A stretch of 64,000 bases of DNA from a virus. This document shows positions 1-9,420 of the stretch, in pieces. Below the pieces are notes generated by a model that worked only from the letters and a program-made list of their open reading frames with translations, was not told where the DNA came from and did not search any database. The translations under genes and the position numbers were made by a program. Location: IMG/VR virus record IMGVR_UViG_3300045988_092720; one strand, written 5' to 3'. The stretch's first letter is position 1. Each line of letters starts with the position of its first letter.

Positions 1-304
1 GACCTTTTGCCTTTTCAATCTTATCTTGTTCTAATAGCTTTTCTGGTATTTCATCATCTACATTTAAGCCTAACAAATATTCAGGTGGAAATGCAGATAG
101 AATACCCATTTTATCTTTCGTAACAATCAGACTGCGACACTTTCTACGTTTAGTGGCATCAAGTTTTATTAAACCATCTTTTTTCATCGCAATGACTAGG
201 CGTTTGTATCGTTGTTCTGTGCTATCTAGGATATAATCAATACTATCAAGTGGTACATACGTTTTAAAACCTACGTTAATATAGGCTGTATTTAATAAAC
301 TCAT
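1..304 (-). CDS. Hypothetical protein, partial. Only the N-terminal ~101 aa are present; the gene continues past the window start.
   Basis: ATG at 302-304 (reverse complement), preceded by a GAGGGGG RBS. The start overlaps the stop of the upstream gene (ATGA-type coupling). The frame stays open to position 1. Confidence 0.5.
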   Translation of the reverse strand, partial: MSLLNTAYINVGFKTYVPLDSIDYILDSTEQRYKRLVIAMKKDGLIKLDATKRRKCRSLIVTKDKMGILSAFPPEYLLGLNVDDEIPEKLLEQDKIEKAKG

Positions 305-1107
305 AGTGTGTACCCCCTCTCAATTAAAGAGTGTAATTGGTGGTCTAAATAAGGAATTACTTGCCGTTGATGTTCATTCCCACTCATTTCAGCAATATAA
401 AAGCCACCAATAGTAGGTCTGATACCACTTGCTTTACAGTAATCAGGATACACTTGGAATGAACCTTGATGTAATTCCCAAATTTCTTTAGCCACTGGTT
501 TTTTAACGTATTTATTATGCTCAATAACTAATTTAGGAACTGCATATGGTTCGTGAAAATGTTCATACCATGTTACATCAGCATTAAAATAATCATAATG
601 ATTTTTAGCCTTTTTATGTTTATGTAAGATATGATGAACGTAGCAATTTTTATTCACATTAAAATACACAACACCAAATTCACCTTTGTAGAGACTTCTA
701 TCTCCAAGTAAACTTGCAATCATCATTTCAACATTAATAAATGCATCATTATACGCACGTGCACCATGATTACCAGCGGTAATACCAATAAGCTGACCGC
801 TTTCATATAATGGCTTCAAGTCATCTACAATAGCGTATACTTGTTCATCACCACTAGCCCATTCTTCCAATACATTACCTTTAGAATTACGAGTAGTAGT
901 ATTGGTACTATCACCACCAAGGATAACTTTACAATTCGGACCTAGGTGCAATAGCATATCAACTGCTTCTTGTAATTGTCTACGATTATTTAAGCCCTCA
1001 TGCACGTCAGATAATACAGCCAATGCTGCTTTATCGCCATCTACACGTACTTGCATAATATGCTTTTCATAACTATCGTTTAGACTTTTTATTTTTCTTG
1101 CTAACAC
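301..1107 (-). CDS. Calcineurin-like metallophosphoesterase (possibly a Ser/Thr phosphatase or phosphodiesterase).
   Basis: 268 aa carrying the metallophosphatase motifs LSDVHEG (D-x-H), ILGGDSTN (GDxxD) and TAGNHG (GNH[DE]). Confidence 0.7.
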   Translation of the reverse strand: MLARKIKSLNDSYEKHIMQVRVDGDKAALAVLSDVHEGLNNRRQLQEAVDMLLHLGPNCKVILGGDSTNTTTRNSKGNVLEEWASGDEQVYAIVDDLKPLYESGQLIGITAGNHGARAYNDAFINVEMMIASLLGDRSLYKGEFGVVYFNVNKNCYVHHILHKHKKAKNHYDYFNADVTWYEHFHEPYAVPKLVIEHNKYVKKPVAKEIWELHQGSFQVYPDYCKASGIRPTIGGFYIAEMSGNEHQRQVIPYLDHQLHSLIERGYTL

Positions 1108-1606
1108 GCTTAATATACTCCTTTACATCATCATCAATCGTGGCATCTTGTTCGACATACATACAAATAAATGTACGCAATTTCTTTAACAAGGTGTGTA
1201 TTCTTTGTCTAATCGGTCTTAATTTAGTTCCATTATGATTGGGTGGTTCTTGATAATTTTTCTTTTGTAATTTCTTTTGACAGAATACAACCCACGCCTC
1301 TGCATCACACGTCATAGCATATGCGTGTACGGCTTGAATAATTTTATTTACTGATTGTTGGTAAGATAATTTACTAATATGTTCGTACGGGTCGATTACT
1401 TCTTTACGTTCTTTATTTTTTAAATATTGACCAGTTTTATAAAACCATTTTTTGTCTCTCATATATGCCGTAGCATCTGCCCAACTCTCACGTTTACGCA
1501 TTAATTTACATATAGTATTAATTCCATGTTCTACTGTATCGGCATTCTTCATTATCTCCTCGTACCATTGGTCGTAGTCTTTAGCCATTTGTAGAACCGA
1601 TACCAC
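1073..1606 (-). CDS. Hypothetical protein.
   Basis: 177-aa ORF positioned within the operon. Start is uncertain; an internal Met, MAKDYDQ, is possible. No motif recognised. Confidence 0.45.
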   Translation of the reverse strand: MVSVLQMAKDYDQWYEEIMKNADTVEHGINTICKLMRKRESWADATAYMRDKKWFYKTGQYLKNKERKEVIDPYEHISKLSYQQSVNKIIQAVHAYAMTCDAEAWVVFCQKKLQKKNYQEPPNHNGTKLRPIRQRIHTLLKKLRTFICMYVEQDATIDDDVKEYIKRVSKKNKKSKR

Positions 1607-2012
1607 CTTTACGTTCTTTTACTACTGTTTCACCAGTACATAAATAATTTACAAACACGCCTTGTGCAACATTATCACCATTATTAACAGTAATAGCTTC
1701 ATCTGTATTATTATGCAACGCCAACATAATATGTCCTTCGTTATCTTCGTTATCAACATAGTCAGCGTCAATTACAGCTGTGCCATTGGCAAGTGTAATG
1801 CCACGTTTAATACCTATTGATGAACGCACAAAAATTAATAATACTTCATTATCTTCCATGTATACCTTAATCCCTGTATTAAAGATTTTGGTAGTATGAG
1901 GTGGGATTATCCCACCCTCAACTACTGCGAAATCATAACCAGCAGAATATTTTGTTTTCCTTTCTGGTAAGATACCGTTAGGAATATAAGATACTCTTTG
2001 AAATAATCTCAT
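1581..2012 (-). CDS. dut: dUTP pyrophosphatase (dUTPase), trimeric type.
   Basis: All five dUTPase motifs are present: AGYDF, RSSIG, VIDADYV, GDNVAQG and a C-terminal RKGGIGSTNG. Confidence 0.9.
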   Translation of the reverse strand: MRLFQRVSYIPNGILPERKTKYSAGYDFAVVEGGIIPPHTTKIFNTGIKVYMEDNEVLLIFVRSSIGIKRGITLANGTAVIDADYVDNEDNEGHIMLALHNNTDEAITVNNGDNVAQGVFVNYLCTGETVVKERKGGIGSTNG

Positions 2013-2020
2013 ATTTTCTC

Positions 2021-2311
2021 CTATTTATTTACATTTACTTCTGTTACATAATGTTTTCTGCCATCTTTTTCGTAGCTACGTGTTGTTAGGCGACCCTCTA
2101 CATTAACAGGTTCATCAACCATTGCACTAATATATTGGTCTGCATATTCATTCCACGCAACACAATTTACGTAAGAGGTAAGTTCTTTTGGTGTGCCATT
2201 TACATCTACTGTATCTGTACATTTTACTGTGAAATTGCATACTTTACCATTACCTACTTCTCTTACTTGTGGTTCACGAGCCATAACGCCTTCAAGAATT
2301 ACTTTGTTCAT
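2021..2311 (-). CDS. Single-stranded DNA-binding protein-like (short OB fold).
   Basis: 96 aa with an SSB-like N-terminal pattern (MNKVILEGVMAREPQVR...NGKVCNFTV...CVAWNEYAD). Lacks an acidic C-terminal tail. Confidence 0.55.
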   Translation of the reverse strand: MNKVILEGVMAREPQVREVGNGKVCNFTVKCTDTVDVNGTPKELTSYVNCVAWNEYADQYISAMVDEPVNVEGRLTTRSYEKDGRKHYVTEVNVNK

Positions 2312-2322
2312 GTTGTTACTCC

Positions 2323-2667
2323 TTAATTAATATAAACTATGGCATTTTGTCTGCCGAATTCGATAGCCTCATCATAGCTATCCATAAAAATATCAATGAC
2401 ACCATAGATGCCATCTGCCATTCTGTCTGCTACGACATATGGCTGACCATAAATATATACAGTCGTTCCTAAAGGGTAGTCGTTAGATGCTACTGCACCA
2501 ACATATGGATATTGTCCATTTGCCATAGGACTACCCGTGTGTGTATAACCAGTCAATTCTACATTAACTGGATAAGCGAATGTCAAGAGCGGTGTTAATA
2601 CCGCTAATACTGTGAGAATAAATAATCTTACCTGTTTAATAAAATCATCCTTTCTAAAACTTCTCAA
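2323..2667 (-). CDS. Secreted 3D-domain protein (MltA/YuiC-like peptidoglycan-lytic fold).
   Basis: N-terminal signal/TM segment. The 3D-domain consensus is recognisable: ...YPLGTTVYIYG...YVVADRMADGIYGVIDIFMDSYDEAIEFGRQNAIVYI. Confidence 0.6.
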   Translation of the reverse strand: MRSFRKDDFIKQVRLFILTVLAVLTPLLTFAYPVNVELTGYTHTGSPMANGQYPYVGAVASNDYPLGTTVYIYGQPYVVADRMADGIYGVIDIFMDSYDEAIEFGRQNAIVYIN

Positions 2668-2899
2668 CGATAAGACGAAGTAATTCTCGACAAGCGTCTG
2701 ACTTGGCTTCGTAATACCTCATGTTAATATCATCATGAATTTGAGCGTAATAATCTCTTTTATCTTGATAAATACGTAATTCAGCCTCAATTATGTTGGT
2801 AAATACAGATGGGCTGTATTTCATAATTGGTGCGTTAGCTGTGTTATAAACACTTGTTTCTGCACTCATATTGTAGCCATACTCCTTTTGAGAATTCAT
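2654..2899 (-). CDS. Hypothetical protein.
   Basis: 81-aa ORF with coupled overlap to its neighbours. Confidence 0.4.
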   Translation of the reverse strand: MNSQKEYGYNMSAETSVYNTANAPIMKYSPSVFTNIIEAELRIYQDKRDYYAQIHDDINMRYYEAKSDACRELLRLIVEKF

Positions 2900-3305
2900 A
2901 TCTTTTCATTTCTTGCATTAAACCATTAATGATTTGAATAAATTTTACTACTGTTATATCTTCTTCTAGTTTACCATTTATATAGTCAAATGTCAACCCA
3001 ATTACTGACGGTGGAACATCAAACACTGATACAACTTCACTTCCTGTTTCACTATCTGTAATAAATGCAATTTTATCTCCTTGTCTTACAAGGAAACGAC
3101 CTTTTAAGCCATCCATAATAGCTTCGTCATCTAATACATCAACAGTATGATACATTTGTAAAAGTGCATCTAAATCATCACGACATTGATTTAATAAGTA
3201 TTCTACTTCCATAAAATCATCATGTAAAGTCGCAACATTATTAATCTCTTTCATACGACTATTAAGTATTGTCATCTTATTCCGTAATTTTATCAGTGTA
3301 TTCAT
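2844..3305 (-). CDS. Hypothetical protein.
   Basis: 153-aa ORF, same strand and operon. Confidence 0.45.
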   Translation of the reverse strand: MNTLIKLRNKMTILNSRMKEINNVATLHDDFMEVEYLLNQCRDDLDALLQMYHTVDVLDDEAIMDGLKGRFLVRQGDKIAFITDSETGSEVVSVFDVPPSVIGLTFDYINGKLEEDITVVKFIQIINGLMQEMKRYEFSKGVWLQYECRNKCL

Positions 3306-3570
3306 TAAGATACTTCACCTCAATTCTGTTTTTAGGTTTATTAATGAAGTATGGTACATATCCATTACCAACACAAATTTGCAATGTATTCCAATCAACC
3401 GCACGCACTTCAATTTTGAGCGTTTCTCCATGAAGTTCATCTAATGTATAATCAGATGGATTGCGGATGCCTGTAGTTAATATAAAACCAGCTCTACCTG
3501 TTTGGTCAACATGCACTGTTCCATATACCCATTCTCTGTTTTTATCTAATGCTCTAAATAGTGATTTCAT
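3277..3570 (-). CDS. Hypothetical protein.
   Basis: 97-aa ORF. Confidence 0.45.
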   Translation of the reverse strand: MKSLFRALDKNREWVYGTVHVDQTGRAGFILTTGIRNPSDYTLDELHGETLKIEVRAVDWNTLQICVGNGYVPYFINKPKNRIEVKYLNEYTDKITE

Positions 3571-3571
3571 T

Positions 3572-3973
3572 TTATTTTACCTTGTTAATACCGTCTACAA
3601 TAATATTGATATAATCTTGCAAATTAGTTTTAATTACTTCGTTAGCACCATGTAAATTGTCAGGTGTAACATAGCTAGAAATAAGCATTGCTGTAGCGAC
3701 CTGTTTACTAGGAATTAATGCACCTAATATACCTGCGATAACACCACATATTAAACTATATTTTCCCACTTTTATACATTTTCTCATGGTATTGTTTGTG
3801 CTATCGCTATCACTCCATACATCGGTTGCAGCTGCTAAATATATTGACGCTGATATTAATGTAATTGTTGCAGAAGTAATAGCAAATAGATTTAACAACC
3901 ATTGAACATTGGCTGAAATTTCAATTAAATATATAAACAATGGGCTAATTATCGGTTCCATTATTGCCTCCAA
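3572..3973 (-). CDS. Polytopic membrane protein.
   Basis: 133 aa with 3-4 predicted hydrophobic helices. Confidence 0.5.
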   Translation of the reverse strand: MEAIMEPIISPLFIYLIEISANVQWLLNLFAITSATITLISASIYLAAATDVWSDSDSTNNTMRKCIKVGKYSLICGVIAGILGALIPSKQVATAMLISSYVTPDNLHGANEVIKTNLQDYINIIVDGINKVK

Positions 3974-4199
3974 ATTCTGCGATTACTGCGATAAGGATTG
4001 GTAAAATTAAAATACTTAAGCCACTAGCAATAGTTCCAACAAATAGCCATACAACTGTCATGCCAGTGATACCAAACAATCCTAATAGCCAACATGCTGC
4101 ACCAACAACAGTTAAAACAGATAATAATTTAGTTAAAAGAGCACATACTACTGTGAGTAGTGATAGAATAGTTACGATGATAATAATTAATGTATTCAT
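3945..4199 (-). CDS. Small polytopic membrane protein.
   Basis: 84 aa, about three hydrophobic helices. Confidence 0.5.
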   Translation of the reverse strand: MNTLIIIIVTILSLLTVVCALLTKLLSVLTVVGAACWLLGLFGITGMTVVWLFVGTIASGLSILILPILIAVIAEFGGNNGTDN

Positions 4200-4858
4200 T
4201 GTAGTTCCTTTCTTACAGGTGTCTTAGGTTGTTTTTTATGAGATGTGAAATCACATGATGTTTCTTTACAACCCTCACACATACCTAAAATTTCTAATGT
4301 AAATAAATCTGGATATGCCTTGTTTAATTGTTTGTAAATTTCACGAGCAATTGCTTGATGCTCACGAGAAGCACGTTTACATAATCGTTTAGGCAAATAT
4401 TCCAACCACGCTCTAAGATTGCCAGTAACTGTCATGGTAACATTTGTAGCTAATGGTAATACATAAGCGGCAATTTGGTATGGAACGCCATCTTCAACTA
4501 ATTGTTGGTATTTTTTAATCTGTTCTTCAATAGTACTATTAATATGTTCAGCGATTAGTGTTTTATTAACAACTCCAGTCCAATCATGTTCATGAGAGTC
4601 AAAATAACCGCCATCACTGAAATCTGTACCACGTGTAGACTTTACTGTAAAAGATAATTGTCTATGACGTGTAATTTGTGCTAAACATTTTTGGCTCATT
4701 TCGATATCAAATGTAGCATATCCATGTTCTAATAAAGATAAATGACCAGCTTTGCACGCATTAATTAAAGACTTCTCTGTGGTATTAAAACCATAGCACT
4801 TGCTCATAGCATGTACTGGTAATTCTAACACAGTATTTGCTATTAATTCTACTTTCAT
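4196..4858 (-). CDS. thyX: Flavin-dependent thymidylate synthase.
   Basis: Exact ThyX signature RHRQLSFTVKSTR (RHRxxSxxxxSxR). A GAGGTG RBS sits before MKVELIAN, so the start is placed at 4858; the longer ORF extends to 4882. Confidence 0.85.
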   Translation of the reverse strand: MKVELIANTVLELPVHAMSKCYGFNTTEKSLINACKAGHLSLLEHGYATFDIEMSQKCLAQITRHRQLSFTVKSTRGTDFSDGGYFDSHEHDWTGVVNKTLIAEHINSTIEEQIKKYQQLVEDGVPYQIAAYVLPLATNVTMTVTGNLRAWLEYLPKRLCKRASREHQAIAREIYKQLNKAYPDLFTLEILGMCEGCKETSCDFTSHKKQPKTPVRKELQ

Positions 4859-5139
4859 TATTTCACCTCGTATTTTATCCATTGTCCGTTTAAATTAAAT
4901 TCCAATGTACTCCAATCAATTTCAACTGTACCAACATCCCAATTGTCATAATACTCATCATCTGCGTACCCATCTTCATCAAATACTACTTCCCATCTTT
5001 CAGAGAATTCGATATCAGTTATGAAAAAATGAGTATTTTCTTGGTTTTCTGCCCAATATTCTGGTATAGATTTACCATAGACAACCGAACCGTATACTAA
5101 GTTACCATCTTCGTCTTTTGCTCGGAATAAATGTTTCAT
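4858..5139 (-). CDS. Hypothetical protein (start refined to MKHLFRAKDED).
   Basis: AGGAGG RBS lies just upstream at about 5147-5152. Upstream ORF sequence up to 5256 runs through a hairpin/promoter element and is probably an artefact. Confidence 0.5.
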   Translation of the reverse strand: MKHLFRAKDEDGNLVYGSVVYGKSIPEYWAENQENTHFFITDIEFSERWEVVFDEDGYADDEYYDNWDVGTVEIDWSTLEFNLNGQWIKYEVK

Positions 5140-5203
5140 GTACCGCCCTCCTATGCATTCATTGTAGCAAAAGGAGAGGGGGCTGTCAACCCCCTCGCTG
5201 ACA

Positions 5204-7498
5204 CTACCGAACTGGGCAATGTCCATCCTCGCATTCACTATCTTCATCAATCTCAAAATCTTTACCTACTGTTTGTAGTTCAAATTCATAACGATTAACT
5301 AAATCATGGTCTAATGGTTCCATATTTGTTTTGAGCTCAATATACTCTTCACGTGTACATTCTTCATATGGCATTAATGGATAATAATCTTGATTTAAAG
5401 ATAGGAAAGAAATACCAACTACGTATTTCCAGTTATTATCTAACCAGTCAATTACGTCTTCCCATTCATCTTCTTTAACCGTAACAGTAATAGATGTGTT
5501 ATGGTCCACGTAATATCGTTGCATCATTTTATATTGCTCTAATTGTTCTAACGCCGATACGTTGTTTTTTGTAACAAGCGACTTAGACTTACAAGGGAAA
5601 GTAATAACCTTAGTATTGCCATCGTCATCCTGACCAACTTCATTGTCAATTTTCCAACCTTTCAAATGTTTAACTGCTTGATATAAAGGAGAGTTTGTAG
5701 AAATACGCACTCGTCTATAATAATATGGAGAGTGATTATAATGAACACCTGCGGAACAACCACTGATTAAGCCACCAGTACCATCTGGTTGTACTGTTGT
5801 ATACAATACAGGTCTAGGAGATTGATTAGCATCAGCGTATTCATTTGCAGCATCGTTAATCCACATCTTCATTAATACAAGCAGAGCTTCTTGGTCTGAT
5901 TTACTTAAATTACCAGTAACAGCATCTTGCCAACCCGTAATAGAACAACCAATCAAACGGTCTCTATGGTGAATTTCTGACCAATCTTTCAATTCTAATT
6001 CAGGTTCTGTTAAACGATAACAAGCACGAGCAGATAATCTGCAAGCCTCTTTAAGCTGAGGTATCATTACATTACCACGTTCGTCGATAAATTTAGATAC
6101 GTTAATATTAGTAAGATTACACACAGCTTTATTTGGCAACATAATTTCCGCACAGGGGTTGACAATAGCAAAATCAGTCCTACGTTCTTTAGCTGCTTTC
6201 ACATTGATAAAGCCAGGTTCTCCAGTTTCTTTAATAGAATACATCAATTTAGATAATTCTTCACGGCTCGGCTTTTCTTCTAAATACATAGAATTGTTAG
6301 ACATATAGCGGAAGTAATGCTCTGGGTCTAAATTCTCTTTAGCATGTAGCATTTCTTCGTCATCTGGACTGAATAAAATAAGTTCAGCCGTTCTTCGTGT
6401 ACCACCAGCTACTACATTTTGTCCTACAATATTACAAATATCAGATACATTAATAGGTCTTAATTTGCCATTTGTACTTTCTTTAGTGATGATTTTATGG
6501 ATTTTATCAAACATCTCTTTAAGAGATTTAAAACCACTAGCATAACCACCAAATGTTTTAAGTGGGGCACCTTGAGGTCTAATATAACTGTAATCTAAAG
6601 AGATAGAACGAATTGTAACATCAGTCATAGCAGTAAGGTATTCATGTAAAGCCTCACACCAACCCTCTTTGCTATCACCAACAGTAATTACAAGGCTATT
6701 ACCATATTTTTTAGAGTTAGTATGTTCCAAAGTAGAACCCTGTGGGATTGGAGTTTTTACATGATAAATTTCTTTATCGGTATGGAAGTGCGGTAGTTTA
6801 GCCACATCTTCTTTTAGTACACGGCAACCTACGCCAGTACCAACCATTAACAAATAGAACAATTCAGAGAATGCTCCTAATGTATCCATTACCATGCCAG
6901 AGCAGTTATACGCCGCTAATGGTGTTTTTTCTAACGCCTCAGTTCCGCCCATCCATAACATACGACCAGAAACACGTTGTCGTAAATTAAACATATTGTC
7001 AAATAGTTTTTCAGGCTCACCATCTTCGGTAGGCAGATACGAACAGTTACCATTAACAGCACGAGCACACGTTTCTTTCCATGTTTCACGTCTGTTTTTA
7101 TCTGGTAGCCAACGAGAGTATGTACGAATGTAAACAAATTTAGCTAACTCATCCATACAATCTGGATAGTCAGGATACTGTGCTAAAAATGCGTCAGTTA
7201 ATTTATGTTTACTACGTGCCACGTCACGTTTTGTTTTGTATTCAATATATTTAATGGCGGCATCGCCATAACCATCATCATATAATTTATTATAAATTAA
7301 ACGCTCAATATCATGAATTGTAACGTCCTTTTTTACATCTTTAATAATATTCCATACGTGCAAAGATACTTGGAATGGTTCTGCCAACATAGTTGGTTCC
7401 ATAGCCATATATGTAGCAAACATTGCTTTCTCTACTGCACGCTCAATTTTTTGACCTAAGTATTCCTCTTTTGTGCCATCACGCTTAATTACTTGCAT
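5204..7498 (-). CDS. nrdJ: Ribonucleotide reductase large subunit with N-terminal ATP cone; probably class II (adenosylcobalamin-dependent).
   Basis: ATP-cone start VIKRDGTKEEY, with a GAGGTGG RBS before MQVIKRDG. Active-site NPCAEI motif. C-terminal Cys pair CEDGHC. No small (beta) subunit gene anywhere in the window. The gene symbol is tentative. Confidence 0.75.
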   Translation of the reverse strand: MQVIKRDGTKEEYLGQKIERAVEKAMFATYMAMEPTMLAEPFQVSLHVWNIIKDVKKDVTIHDIERLIYNKLYDDGYGDAAIKYIEYKTKRDVARSKHKLTDAFLAQYPDYPDCMDELAKFVYIRTYSRWLPDKNRRETWKETCARAVNGNCSYLPTEDGEPEKLFDNMFNLRQRVSGRMLWMGGTEALEKTPLAAYNCSGMVMDTLGAFSELFYLLMVGTGVGCRVLKEDVAKLPHFHTDKEIYHVKTPIPQGSTLEHTNSKKYGNSLVITVGDSKEGWCEALHEYLTAMTDVTIRSISLDYSYIRPQGAPLKTFGGYASGFKSLKEMFDKIHKIITKESTNGKLRPINVSDICNIVGQNVVAGGTRRTAELILFSPDDEEMLHAKENLDPEHYFRYMSNNSMYLEEKPSREELSKLMYSIKETGEPGFINVKAAKERRTDFAIVNPCAEIMLPNKAVCNLTNINVSKFIDERGNVMIPQLKEACRLSARACYRLTEPELELKDWSEIHHRDRLIGCSITGWQDAVTGNLSKSDQEALLVLMKMWINDAANEYADANQSPRPVLYTTVQPDGTGGLISGCSAGVHYNHSPYYYRRVRISTNSPLYQAVKHLKGWKIDNEVGQDDDGNTKVITFPCKSKSLVTKNNVSALEQLEQYKMMQRYYVDHNTSITVTVKEDEWEDVIDWLDNNWKYVVGISFLSLNQDYYPLMPYEECTREEYIELKTNMEPLDHDLVNRYEFELQTVGKDFEIDEDSECEDGHCPVR

Positions 7499-7940
7499 CT
7501 TCCACCTCGTCATATAACAATTTAAAAATCTCTTTATCACAAGGGTATTGTTCATTATTGACACCAATAATAATTTTATCACCCTCGTTACAATGTACAA
7601 TACCGTTTAATGTAAAGACCAATTCACCAGCTTTACTTTCACGGTATTTTAGTTTATTCGGTTTATGAACACATTGAGTCCATTTATAACCTTTGTGTGG
7701 TCCAACAAAATCATGCTCAATATCAGCGATAATTTTTGTGAGAGAATAAGGTGGCTTATGTCTTGCAAGAAATGGTACAAGAGTTTCAAATGTTAAATAC
7801 GGTAATGAAACCATTTGACCTTGCACATTTTTACCAAATATACTGAGCACATTATTTTCTAGGATTACAAAATTTTCAAATCCTTGTTCTGTCATCTGTC
7901 TAAATAATCTTGTTATATTTTCTTCTTGTGAAATTCTCAT
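7485..7940 (-). CDS. Hypothetical protein.
   Basis: 151-aa ORF overlapping the RNR start by 14 nt. Confidence 0.5.
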   Translation of the reverse strand: MRISQEENITRLFRQMTEQGFENFVILENNVLSIFGKNVQGQMVSLPYLTFETLVPFLARHKPPYSLTKIIADIEHDFVGPHKGYKWTQCVHKPNKLKYRESKAGELVFTLNGIVHCNEGDKIIIGVNNEQYPCDKEIFKLLYDEVEDASN

Positions 7941-8188
7941 TTTATTTTTTCCTCTAGGTCTTTTAATTTGTAATATGTACGTTGAATATAAAATTGATTA
8001 ATTAACACATCAAATAGAATAAGAGTTAGCATAATCATCACGCCATTTTCTAGTCGCTGATTAATAACACCAAATGCAACAGCAATACAAGCATAAATCA
8101 ATAAAGCTATTGCTTCTTTAATGCCCTCTTTGTTTTTACTGGCGAACTCTTTAATTTTTTCTTTCGTCGTTTTGGTTGGTCTTTGCAT
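7937..8188 (-). CDS. Small membrane protein.
   Basis: 83 aa with one hydrophobic helix. Confidence 0.4.
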   Translation of the reverse strand: MQRPTKTTKEKIKEFASKNKEGIKEAIALLIYACIAVAFGVINQRLENGVMIMLTLILFDVLINQFYIQRTYYKLKDLEEKIK

Positions 8189-8349
8189 ACTACTACTTCC
8201 TTTTCATGAAACCACTTACATTTACTACCAAATACAGAATAAAAGTATTCATCATTCTTGGGGTCATATTTGACTAAGCCAATCTTGATAACACCTTTGG
8301 GTGTTTCTACCATTGTTCCTAATTTAATTTCTCTATTCTTTGAACTCAT
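8107..8349 (-). CDS. Hypothetical basic protein.
   Basis: 80-aa ORF with a Lys/Arg-rich C-terminus. It overlaps the previous ORF, so the starts are uncertain. Confidence 0.35.
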   Translation of the reverse strand: MSSKNREIKLGTMVETPKGVIKIGLVKYDPKNDEYFYSVFGSKCKWFHEKEVVVCKDQPKRRKKKLKSSPVKTKRALKKQ

Positions 8350-8524
8350 ATTTCCCTACTACAACCCCATTATCTAATATTACCAATGCTTGTAATTGTA
8401 CAGCATCACATAATAAATTGACTGGGACACCGACCATACGTCTAAGAAACATAGCTTGCTCCATACAGTATTCTATAAACGCATTTTCATTCCGTGATAC
8501 ATATTCGTATTCTCTTAATGTCAT
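8333..8524 (-). CDS. Hypothetical protein.
   Basis: 63-aa ORF. Confidence 0.35.
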   Translation of the reverse strand: MTLREYEYVSRNENAFIEYCMEQAMFLRRMVGVPVNLLCDAVQLQALVILDNGVVVGKYEFKE

Positions 8525-8961
8525 GTATGCCCCACCATCTTTTCATGTATTACTGTACGATTTTGTCTGCAAACATTTTCATAAATCATTTTACAGTCAA
8601 AATAAACACGCTTCAATAAATCAATTTGTGTTTGAACTAATCTCTGGTTGTATACTGTTTGAGTATAATCTTTCCATGCACCTTGCACTTCTTCATGTGT
8701 AGTAGCAATACGGTCCCCCTCAGTAACCTTATTTGAACTTTCACGACTAATTTTAGCATGAGTTGCTTTTGCGAAGCGTTCTAAATCAGATGCTCTTTTG
8801 TTAATTTCGTGTGATAATTCTTCAAAACTAGGTATTAATAAGGAGGACTCTTTCATCAAATAGAATGCTGTGTCTGCATCATTATCTTGTAATGTTTTAT
8901 ACATTTCACAAATTTCATCAGACAATTCTTTGATTTCTTCGTATTGCATAATAATTACCAC
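8521..8961 (-). CDS. Hypothetical protein.
   Basis: 146-aa ORF. Confidence 0.45.
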   Translation of the reverse strand: MVIIMQYEEIKELSDEICEMYKTLQDNDADTAFYLMKESSLLIPSFEELSHEINKRASDLERFAKATHAKISRESSNKVTEGDRIATTHEEVQGAWKDYTQTVYNQRLVQTQIDLLKRVYFDCKMIYENVCRQNRTVIHEKMVGHT

Positions 8962-9200
8962 TCCATAGCTTCAGTACAAGCACCGAATTTAATAATAAGA
9001 TTGCCCATCATCTTCTTAGCTTTGTCTTCATCATTAAATTTAGCAATCACTTCTGTTCGACCATTCGCCAAGGAGCCCTTGATATTATAACCAATAACTA
9101 AATTTTTATCTGTATCATCATACACAGCAGAGATAAAGACAGATTGGCATTCTAAGATTTTAGAACAATCTTTATTTACTATTCTCATTGGCTTCACCAC
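8955..9200 (-). CDS. Hypothetical protein.
   Basis: 81-aa ORF. Confidence 0.4.
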   Translation of the reverse strand: MVKPMRIVNKDCSKILECQSVFISAVYDDTDKNLVIGYNIKGSLANGRTEVIAKFNDEDKAKKMMGNLIIKFGACTEAMEW

Positions 9201-9420
9201 CTTTTACTACCATTTCTTCTAACGCATCTAATGTTTCTGCTACTAGAATTTCAGCCGTATCATAACGATTAGTCGCACGATTTACAATGTCAATTGTAGC
9301 AGCATTCGCTGATGCGATTACTTGCAATAAGATACCAGAGTTTTTAATATTGGTATCAAAACTTACTACACCATCTTCGCTCAATGTAATATTAAAATAT
9401 TTCTTCTCTTTTAATTGCAT
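9172..9420 (-). CDS. Hypothetical protein.
   Basis: 82-aa ORF. Confidence 0.4.
   Translation of the reverse strand: MQLKEKKYFNITLSEDGVVSFDTNIKNSGILLQVIASANAATIDIVNRATNRYDTAEILVAETLDALEEMVVKGGEANENSK

Noticed and set aside
6894-7137. A 79-aa and a 68-aa ORF inside the RNR gene; 13070..13879 ORFs inside the primase-helicase gene; 15689..16876 ORFs inside the polymerase gene.
   Set aside because: These are shadow ORFs within well-supported long genes that have strong motif evidence.
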